DNA from: Octopus vulgaris
Lineage: Eukaryota
Length of the DNA stretch: 64,000 nucleotides
NCBI GenBank assembly: GCA_951406725.2
Contig: OX597819.1
Location: 134,850,001-134,914,000 of the forward strand
Direction: 5' to 3'
The notes under the pieces are model-generated. The model saw only the letters and a list, made by a program, of their open reading frames with translations. It was not told where the DNA came from and did no database searches. Each line of letters opens with the position of its first letter. Within the stretch, counting starts at the first letter, position 1. The position numbers and the translations under genes were made by a program. Below, in pieces: positions 1-12,139 of this stretch.

Positions 1-3000
1 TTCATTACAAAAGTCCCGTGACATTCATTACAAAAGTCTCGTGACATTCATTACAAAAGTCCCGTGACATTCATTACAAAAGTCCCGTGACATTCATTAC
101 AAAAGTCTCGTGACATTCATTACAAAAGTCCCGTGACATTCATTACAAAAGTCCCGTGACATTCATTACAAAAGTCTCGTGACATTCATTACAAAAGTCC
201 TGTTACATTCATTACAAAAGTCCCGTGACATTCATTACAAAAGTCCTGACATTCATTACAAAAGTCCTGTTACATTCATTACAAAAGTCCTGTTACATTC
301 ATTACAAAAGTCCTGTTACATTCATTACAAAAGTCCCGTTACATTCATTACAAAAGTCCTGTTACATTCATTACAAAAGTCTCGTGACATTCATTACAAA
401 AGTCCTGTGACATTCATTACAAAAGTCCCGTGACATTCATTACAAAAGTCCCGTGACATTCATTACAAAAGTCCTGTTACATTCATTACAAAAGTCCCGT
501 TACATTCATTACAAAAGTCCCGTGACATTCATTACAAAAGTCCCGTTACATTCATTACAAAAGTCCCGTGACATTCATTACAAAAGTCCTGTTACATTCA
601 TTACAAAAGTCCTGTTACATTCATTACAAAAGTCCTGTTACATTCATTACAAAAGTCCTGTTACATTCATTACAAAAGTCCCGTTACATTCATTACAAAA
701 GTCCCGTTACATTCATTACAAAAGTCCCGTGACATTCATTACAAAAGTCGCGTTACATTCATTACAAAAGTCCCGTTACATTCATTACAAAAGTCCCGTT
801 ACATTCATTACAAAAGTCCCGTTACATTCATTACAAAAGTCCCGTTACATTCATTACAAAAGTCCCGTTACATTCATTACAAAAGTCCCGTTACATTCAT
901 TACAAAAGTCCCGTTACATTCATTACAAAAGTCCCGTTACATTCATTACAAAAGTCCCGTTACATTCATTACAAAAGTCCCGTTACATTCATTACAAAAG
1001 TCCCGTTACATTCATTACAAAAGTCCCGTTACATTCATTACAAAAGTCCCGTTACATTCATTACAAAAGTCCCGTTACATTCATTACAAAAGTCCCGTTA
1101 CATTCATTACAAAAGTCCCGTTACATTCATTACAAAAGTCCCGTTACATTCATTACAAAAGTCCCGTTACATTCATTACAAAAGTCCCGTTACATTCATT
1201 ACAAAAGTCCCGTTACATTCATTACAAAAGTCCTGTTACATTCATTACAAAAGTCCTGTTACATTCATTACAAAAGTCCCGTGACATTCATTACAAAAGT
1301 CCCGTGACATTCATTACAAAAGTCCCGTTACATTCATTACAAAAGTCCTGTTACATTCATTACAAAGTCCCGTTACATTCATTACAAAAGTCCTGTTACA
1401 TTCATTACAAAAGTCCCGTTACATTCATTACAAAAGTCCCGTTACATTCATTACAAAAGTCCCGTTACATTCATTACAAAAGTCCCGTGACAATCATTAC
1501 AAAAGTCCCGTTACATTCATTACAAAAGTCTCGTTACATTCATTACAAAAGTCCTGTTACATTCATTACAAATTCCCGTGACATTCATTACAAAAGTCCT
1601 GTTACATTCATTACAAAAGTCCTGTTACATCCATTACAAAAGTCCTGTTACATCCATTACAAAAGTCCTGTTACATCCATTACAAAAGGCCCGTTACATT
1701 CATTACAAAAGTCCCGTTACATTCATTACAAAAGTCCCGTGACATTCATTACAAAAGTCCCGTGACATTCATTACAAAAGTCCTGTTACATTCATTACAA
1801 AAGTCCCGTGACATTCATTACAAAAGTCCCTTGACATTCATTACAAAAGTCCCGTGACATTCATTACAAAAGTCCCGTTACATTCATTACAAAAGTCCCG
1901 TTACATTCATTACAAAAGTCCCGTGACATTCATTACAAAAGTCCCGTTACATTCATTACAAAAGTCCTGTTACATTCATTACAAAGTCCCGTTACATTCA
2001 TTACAAAAGTCCCGTTACATTCATTACAAAAGTCCTGTTACATTCATTACAAAAGTCCCGTTACATTCATTACAAAAGTCCCGTTACATTCATTACAAAA
2101 GTCCCGTGACATTCATTACAAAAGTCCCAGTACATTCATTACAAAAGTCCCGTTACATTCATTACAAAAGTCCCGTTACATTCATTACAAAAGTCCTGTT
2201 ACATCCATTACAAAAGTCCTGTTACATTCATTACAAAAGTCCCGTGACATTCATTACAAAAGTCCCGTTACATTCATTACAAAAGTCCCGTTACATTCAT
2301 TACAAAAGTCCTGTTACATTCATTACAAAAGTCCTGTTACATTCATTACAAAAGTCCCGTTACATTCATTACAAAAGTCCCGTTACATTCATTACAAAAG
2401 TCCTGTTACATTCATTACAAAAGTCCCGTTACATTCATTACAAAAGTCCTGTTACATTCATTACAAAAGTCCCGTTACATTCATTACAAAAGTCCCTTAC
2501 ATTCATTACAAAAGTCCCGTTACATTCATTACAAAAGTCCCGTGACAATCATTACAAAAGTCCCGTTACATTCATTACAAAAGTCTCGTTACATTCATTA
2601 CAAAAGTCCTGTTACATTCATTACAAATTCCCGTGACATTCATTACAAAAGTCCTGTTACATTCATTACAAAAGTCCTGTTACATCCATTACAAAAGTCC
2701 TGTTACATCCATTACAAAAGTCCTGTTACATCCATTACAAAAGGCCGTTACATTCATTACAAAAGTCCCGTTACATTCATTACAAAAGTCCCGTGACATT
2801 CATTACAAAAGTCGTGACATTACAAAAGTCCGTTACATTCATTACAAAAGTCCCGTGACATTCATTACAAAAGTCCCGTGACATTCATTACAAAAGTCCG
2901 TGACATTCATTACAAAAGTCCTGTTACATTCATTACAAAAGTCCCGTGACATTCATTACAAAAGTCCTGTCACATTCATTACAAAAGTCCTGTTACATTC

Positions 3001-5402
3001 ATTACAAAAGTCCTGTTACATTCATTACAAAAGTCCTGTTACATTCATTACAAAAGTCCCGTTACATTCATTACAAAAGTCCTGTTACATTCATTACAAA
3101 AGTCTCGTGACATTCATTACAAAAGTCCTGTGACATTCATTACAAAAGTCCCGTGACATTCATTACAAAAGTCCCGTGACATTCATTACAAAAGTCCTGT
3201 TACATTCATTACAAAAGCCGTTCATTCATCGAAAGTCCCGTGACATATTCAAAGTCCCGTTAATTCATTAAAAGTCCCGTGACATTCATTACAAAATCCT
3301 GTTACATTCATTACAAAAGTCCTGTTACATTCATTACAAAAGTCCTGTTACATTCATTACAAAGTCCTGTTACATTCATTACAAAAGTCCGTTACATTCA
3401 TTACAAAGTCCGTTACATTCATTACAAAAGTCCCTGACATTCATTACAAAATTATTCATTACAAAAGTCCGTTACATTCATTACAAAGTCCGTTACATTC
3501 ATTACAAAAGTCCCGTTACATTCATTACAAAAGTCCCGTTACATTCATTACAAAAGTCCGTTACATTCATTACAAAAGTCCTGTTACATTCATTACAAAA
3601 GTCCTACATTCATTACAAAGTCCCTACATTCATTACAAAAGTCCGTTACATTCATTACAAAAGTCCCGTTACATTCATTACAAAAGTTCCGTTACATTCA
3701 TTACAAAGTCCCGTTACATTCATTACAAAAGTCCCGTTACATTCATTACAAAAGTCCCGTTACATTCATTACAAAAGTCCCGTGACATTCATTACAAAAG
3801 TCCCGTTACATTCATTACAAAAGTCCCGTGACATTCATTACAAAAGTCCCGTTACATTCATTACAAAAGTCCCGTTACATTCATTACAAAAGTCTCGTTA
3901 CATTCATTACAAAAGTCCCGTTACATTCATTACAAAAGTCCCGTTACATTCATTACAAAAGTCCGTTACATTCATTACAAAAGTCCCGTTACATTCATTA
4001 CAAAAGTCCCGTTACATTCATTACAAAAGTCCCGTTACATTCATTACAAAAGTCCCGTTACATTCATTACAAAAGTCCGTTACATTCATTACAAAAGTCC
4101 TGTTACATTCATTACAAAAGTCCTGTTACATTCATTACAAAAGTCCCGTGACATTCATTACAAAAGTCCCGTGACATTCATTACAAAAGTCGTTACATTC
4201 ATTACAAAAGTCCCGTTACATTCATTACAAAGTCCCGTTACATTCATTACAAAAGTCCTGTTACATTCATTACAAAAGTCCCGTTACATTCATTACAAAA
4301 GTCCCGTTACATTCATTACAAAAGTCCTGTTACATTCATTACAAAAGTCCCGTTACATTCATTACAAAAGTCCTGTTACATTCATTACAAAAGTCCCGTT
4401 ACATTCATTACAAAAGTCCCGTGACATTCATTACAAAAGTCCCATGACATTCATTACAAAAGTCCCATGACATTCATTACAAAAGTCCCGTTACATTCAT
4501 TACAAAAGTCCTGTTACATCCATTACAAAAGTCCTGTTACATTCATTACAAAAGTCCCGTTACATTCATTACAAAAGTCCCGTGACATTCATTACAAAAG
4601 TCCCGTGACATTCATTACAAAAGTCCTGTTACATCCATTACAAAAGTCCCGTTACATTCATTACAAAAGTCCCATTACATTCATTACAAAAGTCCCGTTA
4701 CATTCATTACAAAAGTCCCGTTACATTCATTACAAAAGTCCCGTGACATTCATTACAAAAGTCCCGTTACATTCATTACAAAAGTCCCGTTACATTCATT
4801 ACAAAAGTCCCGTTACATTCATTACAAAAGTCGCGTTACATTCATTACAAAAGTCCCATTACATTCATTACAAAAGTCCTGTTACATCCATTACAAAAGT
4901 CCCATGACATTCATTACAAAAGTCGCGTTACATTCATTACAAAAGTCCCGTGACATTCATTACAAAAGTCGCGTTACATTCATTACAAAAGTCCCGTGAC
5001 ATTCATTACAAAAGTCCCGTGACATTCATTACAAAAGTCCCGTCACATCCATTACAAAAGTCCTGTTACATTCATTACAAAAGTCCCGTGACATTCATTA
5101 CAAAAGTCCCGTGACATTCATTACAAAAGTCCCGTCACATCCATTACAAAAGTCCTGTTACATCCATTACAAAAGTCCTGTTACATTCATTACAAAAGTC
5201 GCGTTACATTCATTACAAAAGTCGCGTTACATTCATTACAAAAGTCCCGTGACATTCATTACAAAAGTCGCGTTACATTCATTACAAAAGTCCCGTGACA
5301 TTCATTACAAAAGTCCCGTGACATTCATTACAAAAGTCCCGTCACATCCATTACAAAAGTCCCGTCACATCCATTACAAAAGTCCTGTTACATTCATTAC
5401 AA
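1..5402. repeat. 23-bp tandem satellite, consensus ACATTCATTACAAAAGTCCCGTT (variants CCTGTT, CCCGTG, CTCGTG, CGCGTT), about 235 copies, open at the window start
   Basis: Monomer is directly visible. The repeating TFITKVPLHSLQKSRYIHYKSPV ORFs are three monomers (69 nt) read in frame. Confidence 0.98.
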
Positions 5403-6586
5403 GGCTCTCAAAAAAGCACACAGCAATAGCTTTGATGCAGTTGGACATGTTTTTACTGTTTTAACAAATATACATGTGTTTAAATATTAATATTAACCAA
5501 TGTGGCTCCCCTTGGTAATGAGCATTTGCTCCAGGCAAGGCCTGAAATTCGCGCACACATTGCAGACGAAGTCCTTGCTCATACTGGCCCACATACAGTT
5601 GAGAGAGGACTTCAGTTCATAGATGTTTCTGTGGAGAACTTTGCAGACCTTGACCTTTACTCACATGCTGTTGTCAAGGGGATTGAGGTCAGGCAACTGC
5701 AGCAGTCAAAAGTCCTTCAGCCAGAAATATTTGCCTTGGCCCTGTGGGCTGCGACACCATCCTGCTGAAGGATGTAGTCCACCTTCTTCATGATCTTTCA
5801 CACCCAGAGCAGGACTTTCATGGCCAAGATGTCCCTGTAGTTGGCTGTGGTGAGCCTGTGACCAGCTGCAAACCACACCAGTGGTATCTTCTCACCATCT
5901 GAAGCTACAATGCCAAGCATCATCACAAAGGTCAGATGCTTGGTTGTGGACATATAGCAGACCTCAGAGATGTCCTGGCCAAAGCCAACCACATGATTGT
6001 TCTGCTTGTTGATGACCAGATCAACCATGAAGGTTTTTTTTTTTCACGAGAAAAAAATGAGAACTCAATTGCTGTGACACTTCAAGTCAATGAGAAGATG
6101 ATGACAGCACTCCTGACCTTGTTCTCACATATGGTCAGTGAGCAGAGGCCTTTCCATGTACCTCAGGCTCTTGCTACTCTCCTCTTTAACGGCCCTTGAC
6201 ACCATGGACACTGAGACATTGTTGTTCTTCATGAGTGCAGTTATTTTGAGTTTCAGATCACTTTCAAAGGCCTTTCTCATGGCCAAATAGTTGACAACTT
6301 GAGGTTTGTCTGAGATCAGTTTTTGAGATCCTTCCTGTTCTTGAGCCTCTCCATGAGTCTGTGGGCAGTCACCCAGCTGATGTTGAGCCACTTGGCAATG
6401 TCGGACTTGTTGTGGCCGATATGCAGGAGAGCAGAGATCTTGATTCTTTTCACTTCCATCTATATACACCTGCATTTTAATGACACAGGCTGGAAAAGTA
6501 GAACTTTAAAGTATGTTTGACACACACATAAACCTCTTAACAGACCCAAAACCAACCATTACAAGACTTTTGCAAAGCCCACTAGA
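5403..6586 (-). mobile_element. Decayed Tc1/mariner DNA transposon, DD37D (maT)-like
   Basis: Transposase remnants on the minus strand. Candidate TIR at 6556-6586 (reverse complement TCTAGTGGGCTTTGCAAAAGTCTTGTAATGG). The other end merges into the satellite. Confidence 0.85.
5493..6459 (-). pseudogene. maT/DD37D-type transposase pseudogene with frameshifts and stops
   Basis: Joining frames gives MEVKRIKISALLHIGHNKSDIAKWLNIS (HTH), INKQNNHVV...STTKHLTFVMMLGIVASDGEKIPLVWF, YILQQDGVAAH, PDLNPLDNS and C-terminal FRPCLEQMLITKGSHIG*. These match the QQDGAPAH and SPDLNPLD mariner/maT motifs. Confidence 0.85.
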
Positions 6587-7884
6587 TATAAAATCACTTT
6601 TCAAATACTAAGCCACATTAATTTATGTTGCATTAAAACCTTGTATTTTTTGTTCTGAAATTATATCTCACTCATTTCACCATACCTTCATACAGATAAA
6701 AACATGATTCCCACCACATGCACTATAGTCTAACGCTACTCAGTAACTGACAAATGTTGACATTTTTAAATGTTACATCAAAAGGAAGTTACTGGTTAAT
6801 GAAGGCCTCACACTTAATGTAAGAGAGATGTAACACCTGAGATGTAACACCTGATGCAAAGACAGTCTTTATTCTTGAGCAGAACATTCTGCTAAGTTTA
6901 CATTGTTGTCTTCAGAAATATTTTAAAGAATCACTTTAATTGTTCTCATAGCTGTGTAAGAAGAGTGTATTTTGGTGATGATGGAGCATGGGTGCAAAGC
7001 AGTGTTTAAGGTATGGGCAAAATTTAGGGGATTTGAAATGTGTTTGTCACATGTTTCAACTGCTTAACACAAATGCACTGCAGTTACCATGGAGAGAAAA
7101 ATCTCTCTTATGGTGAGAAAGTGTGAAAACATCCAGTTTGTTCAGTGTTGCCATCTCTTGGGAATCTCAGACATTAATATTTCGAGTTTTTTTACTTTTG
7201 TCAATGAGATGTACCTGAACGGACTTGATAAAGCTACAGGCACCCCGTGGTTTAAATCCAGTCCTGCTTGACATTCACATAAATTCAGTGTTTGATCCTA
7301 CTGCTCAATACCAAAGACTTATGCTTAAAACTTTGTGAAAGTCTATCACACAAATCTTGCAAAATATTGTGCATTTAACAAAAATATTTTGACTTTTCAT
7401 TTTAAATGGTTCCCTTTATACACAGGATGCCTTTCTCCCCACCATGCAACAAGACAATAAAACTATGTAACAGACAAAATACCAAAGGACATCATGATGT
7501 CACTTCCTATATACTGGGATTAATTTTGCTTTTTTTATTCTGTTGAGGCAGGAGTTCAATAATATAAAAACCAATAATAAAATCGGGACCTTTACTGCCT
7601 TCATTACTTGGCCTAATTGGCTTTCTTTCTTTCTGTATCTTTTCTTTGTAAATCTTTTCCAGAACAACATTATTACCAATATAATTATCGTCAGTTACTG
7701 ATAACTTAATTAATGTGAGGTTTCAGTTTTTCATATTAGAAACTGCACTGGTTATCTGTGTTATAGGGGAGAATTAAAAGGAAAGTTTTCAAATTTTACA
7801 TTTGTTATTAAGGTTCATATGATGTTAAATAGGTAAATAAATAATCAGTTGTTAATATGAAAGCCATCAGAGCAAATAAACAGG

Positions 7885-9703
7885 ACTAGAAGTGGGTGGG
7901 GGTAGCAGGGAACCGTACAGAAGAGCCAAAAGGGGATGCTGGGCGACAGGTATACATAGGCAAGGGAGAAGCAGAAAAGAAGTAGTTTGCCAATGTCCAG
8001 CGACATGAGGGCCAAAGAACTGAGGTATTTCGGATTGCAAGACAGTGTGTGAGAGAAAATAGTGATGTTACAGGAGAGAAATGCGTCCGCATGGATGATG
8101 GTGCACTTGCTTTTAATGATTGTGAAAAGAAAGAGGCTTGGAGAAGCCATTATGAAAGACTGCTGAACGTGGAGAATGAATGGGAGGTGGAGAGCCTGCC
8201 CAATATTGATCCTGTAAAGGGACTGAATAGACAGCACCTTGGTAGATAAAGCAATTAAGGGTATGAAGCCGGCCCATCAGGAATCACTGCTGAGACACTT
8301 AAAACATCTGGTGGTGTTGGCTATAGCCTAGTCACCCGTATTATAAACCAGGTAGTTCATGATGGAGTCATACCCAATGACTGGCGTAGCAGCACTATAG
8401 TCAACTGCTACAATGGTAAAGGTGTATAGTGAAGAATTCCAGGTAGAAGTAGGGGTCCACCAAGGATCAGCCCTCAGCCCCCACTAATTCATCATAGACC
8501 TCCAAGCAATAACAGAGGAATTCAAGACAGGTTGCCCCTGGGAGCTCCTCTTTGCTGATGACCTGGCCCTCATAGCAGAATCACTACCAGAACTAGAGAA
8601 GAAACTTCAAGTGTGGAAACAAGGTTTAGAATCAAAGGGTCTTAGATTCAATGTTGCTAAGACAAAAGTTCTAGTAAGTAGGAAGGCGAACTCACCACAC
8701 ACCCCTTCAGGTAAGTGACCCTGCTCGATCTGTAGAAAAGGTGTAGGTAGAAACTCCATAAGATGTACCCAGTGTAAGCTATGAATGCGTAAGAGGTGCA
8801 GCAACATCAAAGGAAGATTAACTGGGAAGATAGCTTTTGTGTGCAGCAGATGCACAGAGGCAATAAACACCGAAGATGCTCAGAAAACAGATTCCTTCAC
8901 ACTCCTGGAGAAGAAACTAGAAGTAGTTGATAGCTTCTTCTACTTAAGTGACCAAGTCTGTAGTGGGGAGTCAATGCTCAGAGAGTGTCACCACTAGAAT
9001 AAGAATAGTCTGGGCAATGTTCAGAAAGTTTCTACCTTTACTGGTGACAAAAGGCCTCTCACTCAGAGTGAAAGGTAGATTGTATGATGCATGTGTGCGA
9101 ACTGCCATGCTACACAGCAGTGAAACATGGGCCATGACTGTTGAGGACATACGTAGGCTTGAAAGAAATGAAGCTAGCATGATCTGCTGGATGTGTAATG
9201 TCAGTGTCCATGCACGACAGAGTGTAAGCGCCCTGAGAGAAATACTGGACATAAGAAGCATCAGATGTGGCATGCAAGAGAGATGTTTGCATTGATATGG
9301 TCATGTACTGTGGAGGGGCGAGGAGAGCTGTGTGAAGAAGTGCCACTCCCAAACAGTGAAAGGAATCTAGGGTAGAGGAAGACTCGGGAAGACATGGGAT
9401 GAGGTCGTGAAGCATGACCTTCGAATGTTGGGCCTCACAGGCAATGACAAAAGACCGAGACCTCCAGTAAAAAGCACCATCTGATCATGGTCGATGTCAG
9501 CTCCTCTGGCCCCTGTGCCGGTGGCATGTAAAATGCACCCACTACACTCTCAGAGTGGTTGGCGTTAGGAAGGACATCCAGCTGTAGAAGCACTGCCAGA
9601 TCAGATTGAGGTCTGGTGCAGCCTCCTGGCTTCCCAGACCCCAGTCGAACTGTCCAACCCATGCCAACATGGAAAATGGACGTTAAACAATGATGATGAT
9701 GAT
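7885..9703 (+). mobile_element. RTE-clade LINE fragment, 5'-truncated and internally deleted, with 3' tail ending in (GAT)n
   Basis: KKEAWRSHYERLLNVENEW, VGVHQGSALSP, LLFADDL, LSLRVKGRLYDACVRTAMLHSSETW. Sequence jumps near 8425 from VNCY-GKG to the QG motif. Tail ...CCAACCCATGCCAACATGGAAAATGGACGTTAAACAATGATGATGATG. Confidence 0.92.
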
Positions 9704-9723
9704 TGAAACTTGATTATTTCAAA

Positions 9724-9918
9724 TTTTGGCACAAGGCCAGCAACTTTTAGGACATGGATTAGTTGGCCTCAGTGTACAACTTGTATTTATTTTACAAACA
9801 CCAAAAGGATGAAAGGGAAAGTTAACCTTGGTGAAATTTGAACTCAGAATGTAAAGGCCCACAAAATGTGGCTGATCATTTTCCCCTGCTTGCTAATGAT
9901 TCTGCCAGCTCAAAGCCT
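9724..9918 (-). mobile_element. Degenerate tRNA-derived SINE, same family as 11535-11742
   Basis: Minus strand reads GAGCTGGCAGAATCATTAGC (A box-like), then TTCTGAGTTCAAATTTC (B box), CTTTCATCCTTT and GGCCTTGTGCC. Confidence 0.8.
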
Positions 9919-10087
9919 TCACATTCTCTTCCTAATAATGTAATATGTTTAATGTTGTTTGGTCCTCATCATCTTGAACAAGAAAGGAGAGATTCAATAA
10001 TGTGATCCTGTTTGGTTATTTCTAGAATAACTAGGAACAGGAAATAATAATGTCTTCAGTTTATTGATGGTGATTGTTATGCATTAA

Positions 10088-10301
10088 CCCTTTCGTTACC
10101 AACCTGGCTGAAACCGGCTCTGAGTACAAATGTCTTGTTTTCATAAGTTTTGAATTGAAATCTTCCACCAAACCTTAGTCACAATTTATGTTGCTAACAC
10201 TAGCTGAATGATAACTAAGTTATTTTACTAAATTCTTTGTTATATTTAAAGTAATTGAAAGAAACACAAAGCATCTCAAAATAAATACAGTAACGAAAGG
10301 G
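10088..10301. mobile_element. 214-bp non-autonomous piggyBac-like MITE
   Basis: TTAA on both sides (10084-10087 and 10302-10305). TIR CCCTTTCGTTAC / GTAACGAAAGGG. Second copy at 14634-14853. Confidence 0.88.
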
Positions 10302-10695
10302 TTAATTATCACTCATTTTGCCACTACAATGTAGCTTAGTCAATGCTGCTTAAATATTTTTTTTCAGAAATAGTTCTTTAATGTTCAGAAAGTTTTGCAT
10401 CCTTGATTATTCATATAAACACAAAGCCACAATTAATAGGGGGTAGGCAGAATCAGTTGTGCTGATCTACTAAATATCTGCTACTTTATCATTTCAGGGA
10501 GATAAAAGACTAAGTCAGACTTTGTGGGGTTTCAACGTAAATATAACAGAACTAAATGAAAGGCTTTAGTTGTTCTGCCACTTTCCTGCTTTTAATGCTT
10601 CAAATTGGTGTTTCCTTCAGTTTGTTTCAATAAAGGATAATTGTTAATTATTCCTCCTACAATTATTTAACTTGCAAATGTTTTTATTTTTACAG

Positions 10696-10804
10696 GAAAT
10701 ACAAGAATCCATCAAAAACTGGAGGCAATTTGACTGATCCTGCCGAATTAAGAAGCAGTAAAAAAGTGGACGACAAAGGCATTGACATGAGCTATGTAAA
10801 AGCT
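10696..10804 (+). CDS. Candidate internal coding exon of an unidentified host gene (KYKNPSKTGGNLTDPAELRSSKKVDDKGIDMSYVKA)
   Basis: Strong acceptor TTTTTATTTTTACAG|G, consensus donor GCT|GTAAGT, 109 bp with an open frame, non-repetitive sequence. Protein not recognised. Confidence 0.6.
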
Positions 10805-11039
10805 GTAAGTTCCATCTTGCTACATAACATTCCCTATTTTGCTTTTATTTTCTTAAATGTAAGAAATTTGTAGTCTGAGATTGTTCAAATATATATTTTT
10901 ATCGATGAACATATTGCCTTCAAGTGGAACTGGGATATTCGTTAGTGTGACTGAAGCAAATTCAGGAACAAAAAAATTATTTGCAATTGCAAAACTAAAC
11001 ACTGACTTGTTTGAAATTAATTGCTGTCAGTGCAATGTG

Positions 11040-11215
11040 AGAAGCAGTCGTGCTGACGCCACACCAGTACCATGTACAGAGCACTTATACTGGTGCCCTG
11101 TAATCGCATAAGTGGCACTTGTGTCAGCACCACATAAATATCACCCAGCACACTCTGTAAAGTGGTTGGCACTAGGAAGGGCATCTGGCTGTAGAAACTT
11201 TGCCAGAACAAACTC
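11040..11215 (+). mobile_element. Degenerate RTE 3'-tail / SINE remnant
   Basis: CACCCAGCACACTCTGTAAAGTGGTTGGCACTAGGAAGGGCATCTGGCTGTAGAAAC matches the tail seen near 9540, 19880 and 28110. Confidence 0.7.
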
Positions 11216-11261
11216 TGAGAACTAATTACTCCAAGTTCCAAACAGAAAAGAGTAGTGAATT

Positions 11262-11995
11262 ACCATTTTATGGGATGTGTGGCAAAAAATTAAATGGTTT
11301 CACATATTGTGAACAAGTGTAGCAAAATTAGCTGAAAAGGAATACAAAAGGTGACATGGTAACATAGTGCCATCTGTTCATTGGAAATTGTGTGAAAAGT
11401 ACAATCTTGAAATGACATTGAAATGAATATAAGATCTTGTGGAATTGTTCAATCTCGTGTGAATCAGGGATTACTGCCCTGTGATCTGCCCTGTAGTTGA
11501 TAAAATGAGGATGGAAACCAAAATCATAAATATTCTTTTGTACTCTAGGCACAAGGTCTGAAATTTTGGGGGAGGGGACCAGTCGATTAGATCAACCCTA
11601 GTACACAACTGGAACTTACTTTATCGACTCCAAAAGGATGAAAGGCAAAGTTGACCTTGGCAGAATTTGAACTCAGAAGACAGATGGAATACCGCTAAGC
11701 ATTTTGCCCAGCATGCTAATGCTTCTGCCAGCTCGCCGCCTTCAAAATCATAAATATTGCTATACCTGGGAAAGTATGAGTGGATGAGGAAGAACTGGAA
11801 AATATTGAGAAGTGCAAGCCACTAAAAAATGAGGTTTCACAAATGTGGTTAATGGAGAAAGTAATTGTTATCTCAGTAGTTGTAGGGGTACTGGGAACAT
11901 TAACAACTAGATTTGAGAAAGTTGTTGGAGAATTAGGGACTGACGTGAGGGTAGAACATACTCAGAAAACTGCTTTGCTGCATTATGAGATCTAG
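11262..11995 (+). mobile_element. Old R4/Dong-like non-LTR element, C-terminal CCHC and restriction-like endonuclease remnant, split by a SINE
   Basis: GMCG...SHIV..C.K.AEKEYKR.H..VHWKLCEKY, KILW, KIINIAIPG, LKNEVSQMW...VISVVVGVLG...QKTALL. Confidence 0.75.
11535..11742 (-). mobile_element. Full-length tRNA-derived SINE with Deu/Nin-like central domain and 16-bp TSD
   Basis: 5' GGCGGCGAGCTGGCAGAAGCATTAGC, B box GAGTTCAAATTC, core GCCTTTCATCCTTTTGGAGTCGATAAAGTAAGTTCCAG. TSD CAAAATCATAAATATT at 11519-11534 and 11743-11758. Confidence 0.92.
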
Positions 11996-12139
11996 GAAAC
12001 ACAACTAGATGTCATAATGCAGGGAAACAGTTACATAACCAAACACCTGAGTCTAGAAAACTAAATTGCATGGAAACGATTGTAGGGATTTCAAATAAAT
12101 GTCCAACTGCACTCAAAACTCGTATATGTATTATGTATA

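Noticed and set aside
1-5402. 23-bp array as a CRISPR array or repeat-protein gene
   Set aside because: Monomers are contiguous with no unique spacers and there are no cas genes. The ORFs arise only because the monomer lacks stops.
6825-6856. GAGATGTAACACCT direct duplication
   Set aside because: A simple 14-bp local tandem duplication with no further structure.
7426-7545. Possible exon after CCCTTTATACACAG
   Set aside because: All frames close within about 40 codons, there is no convincing donor, and the peptide is not recognisable.
11670-11742. tRNA gene
   Set aside because: The A/B boxes belong to a SINE head with TSD and tail; no full cloverleaf.
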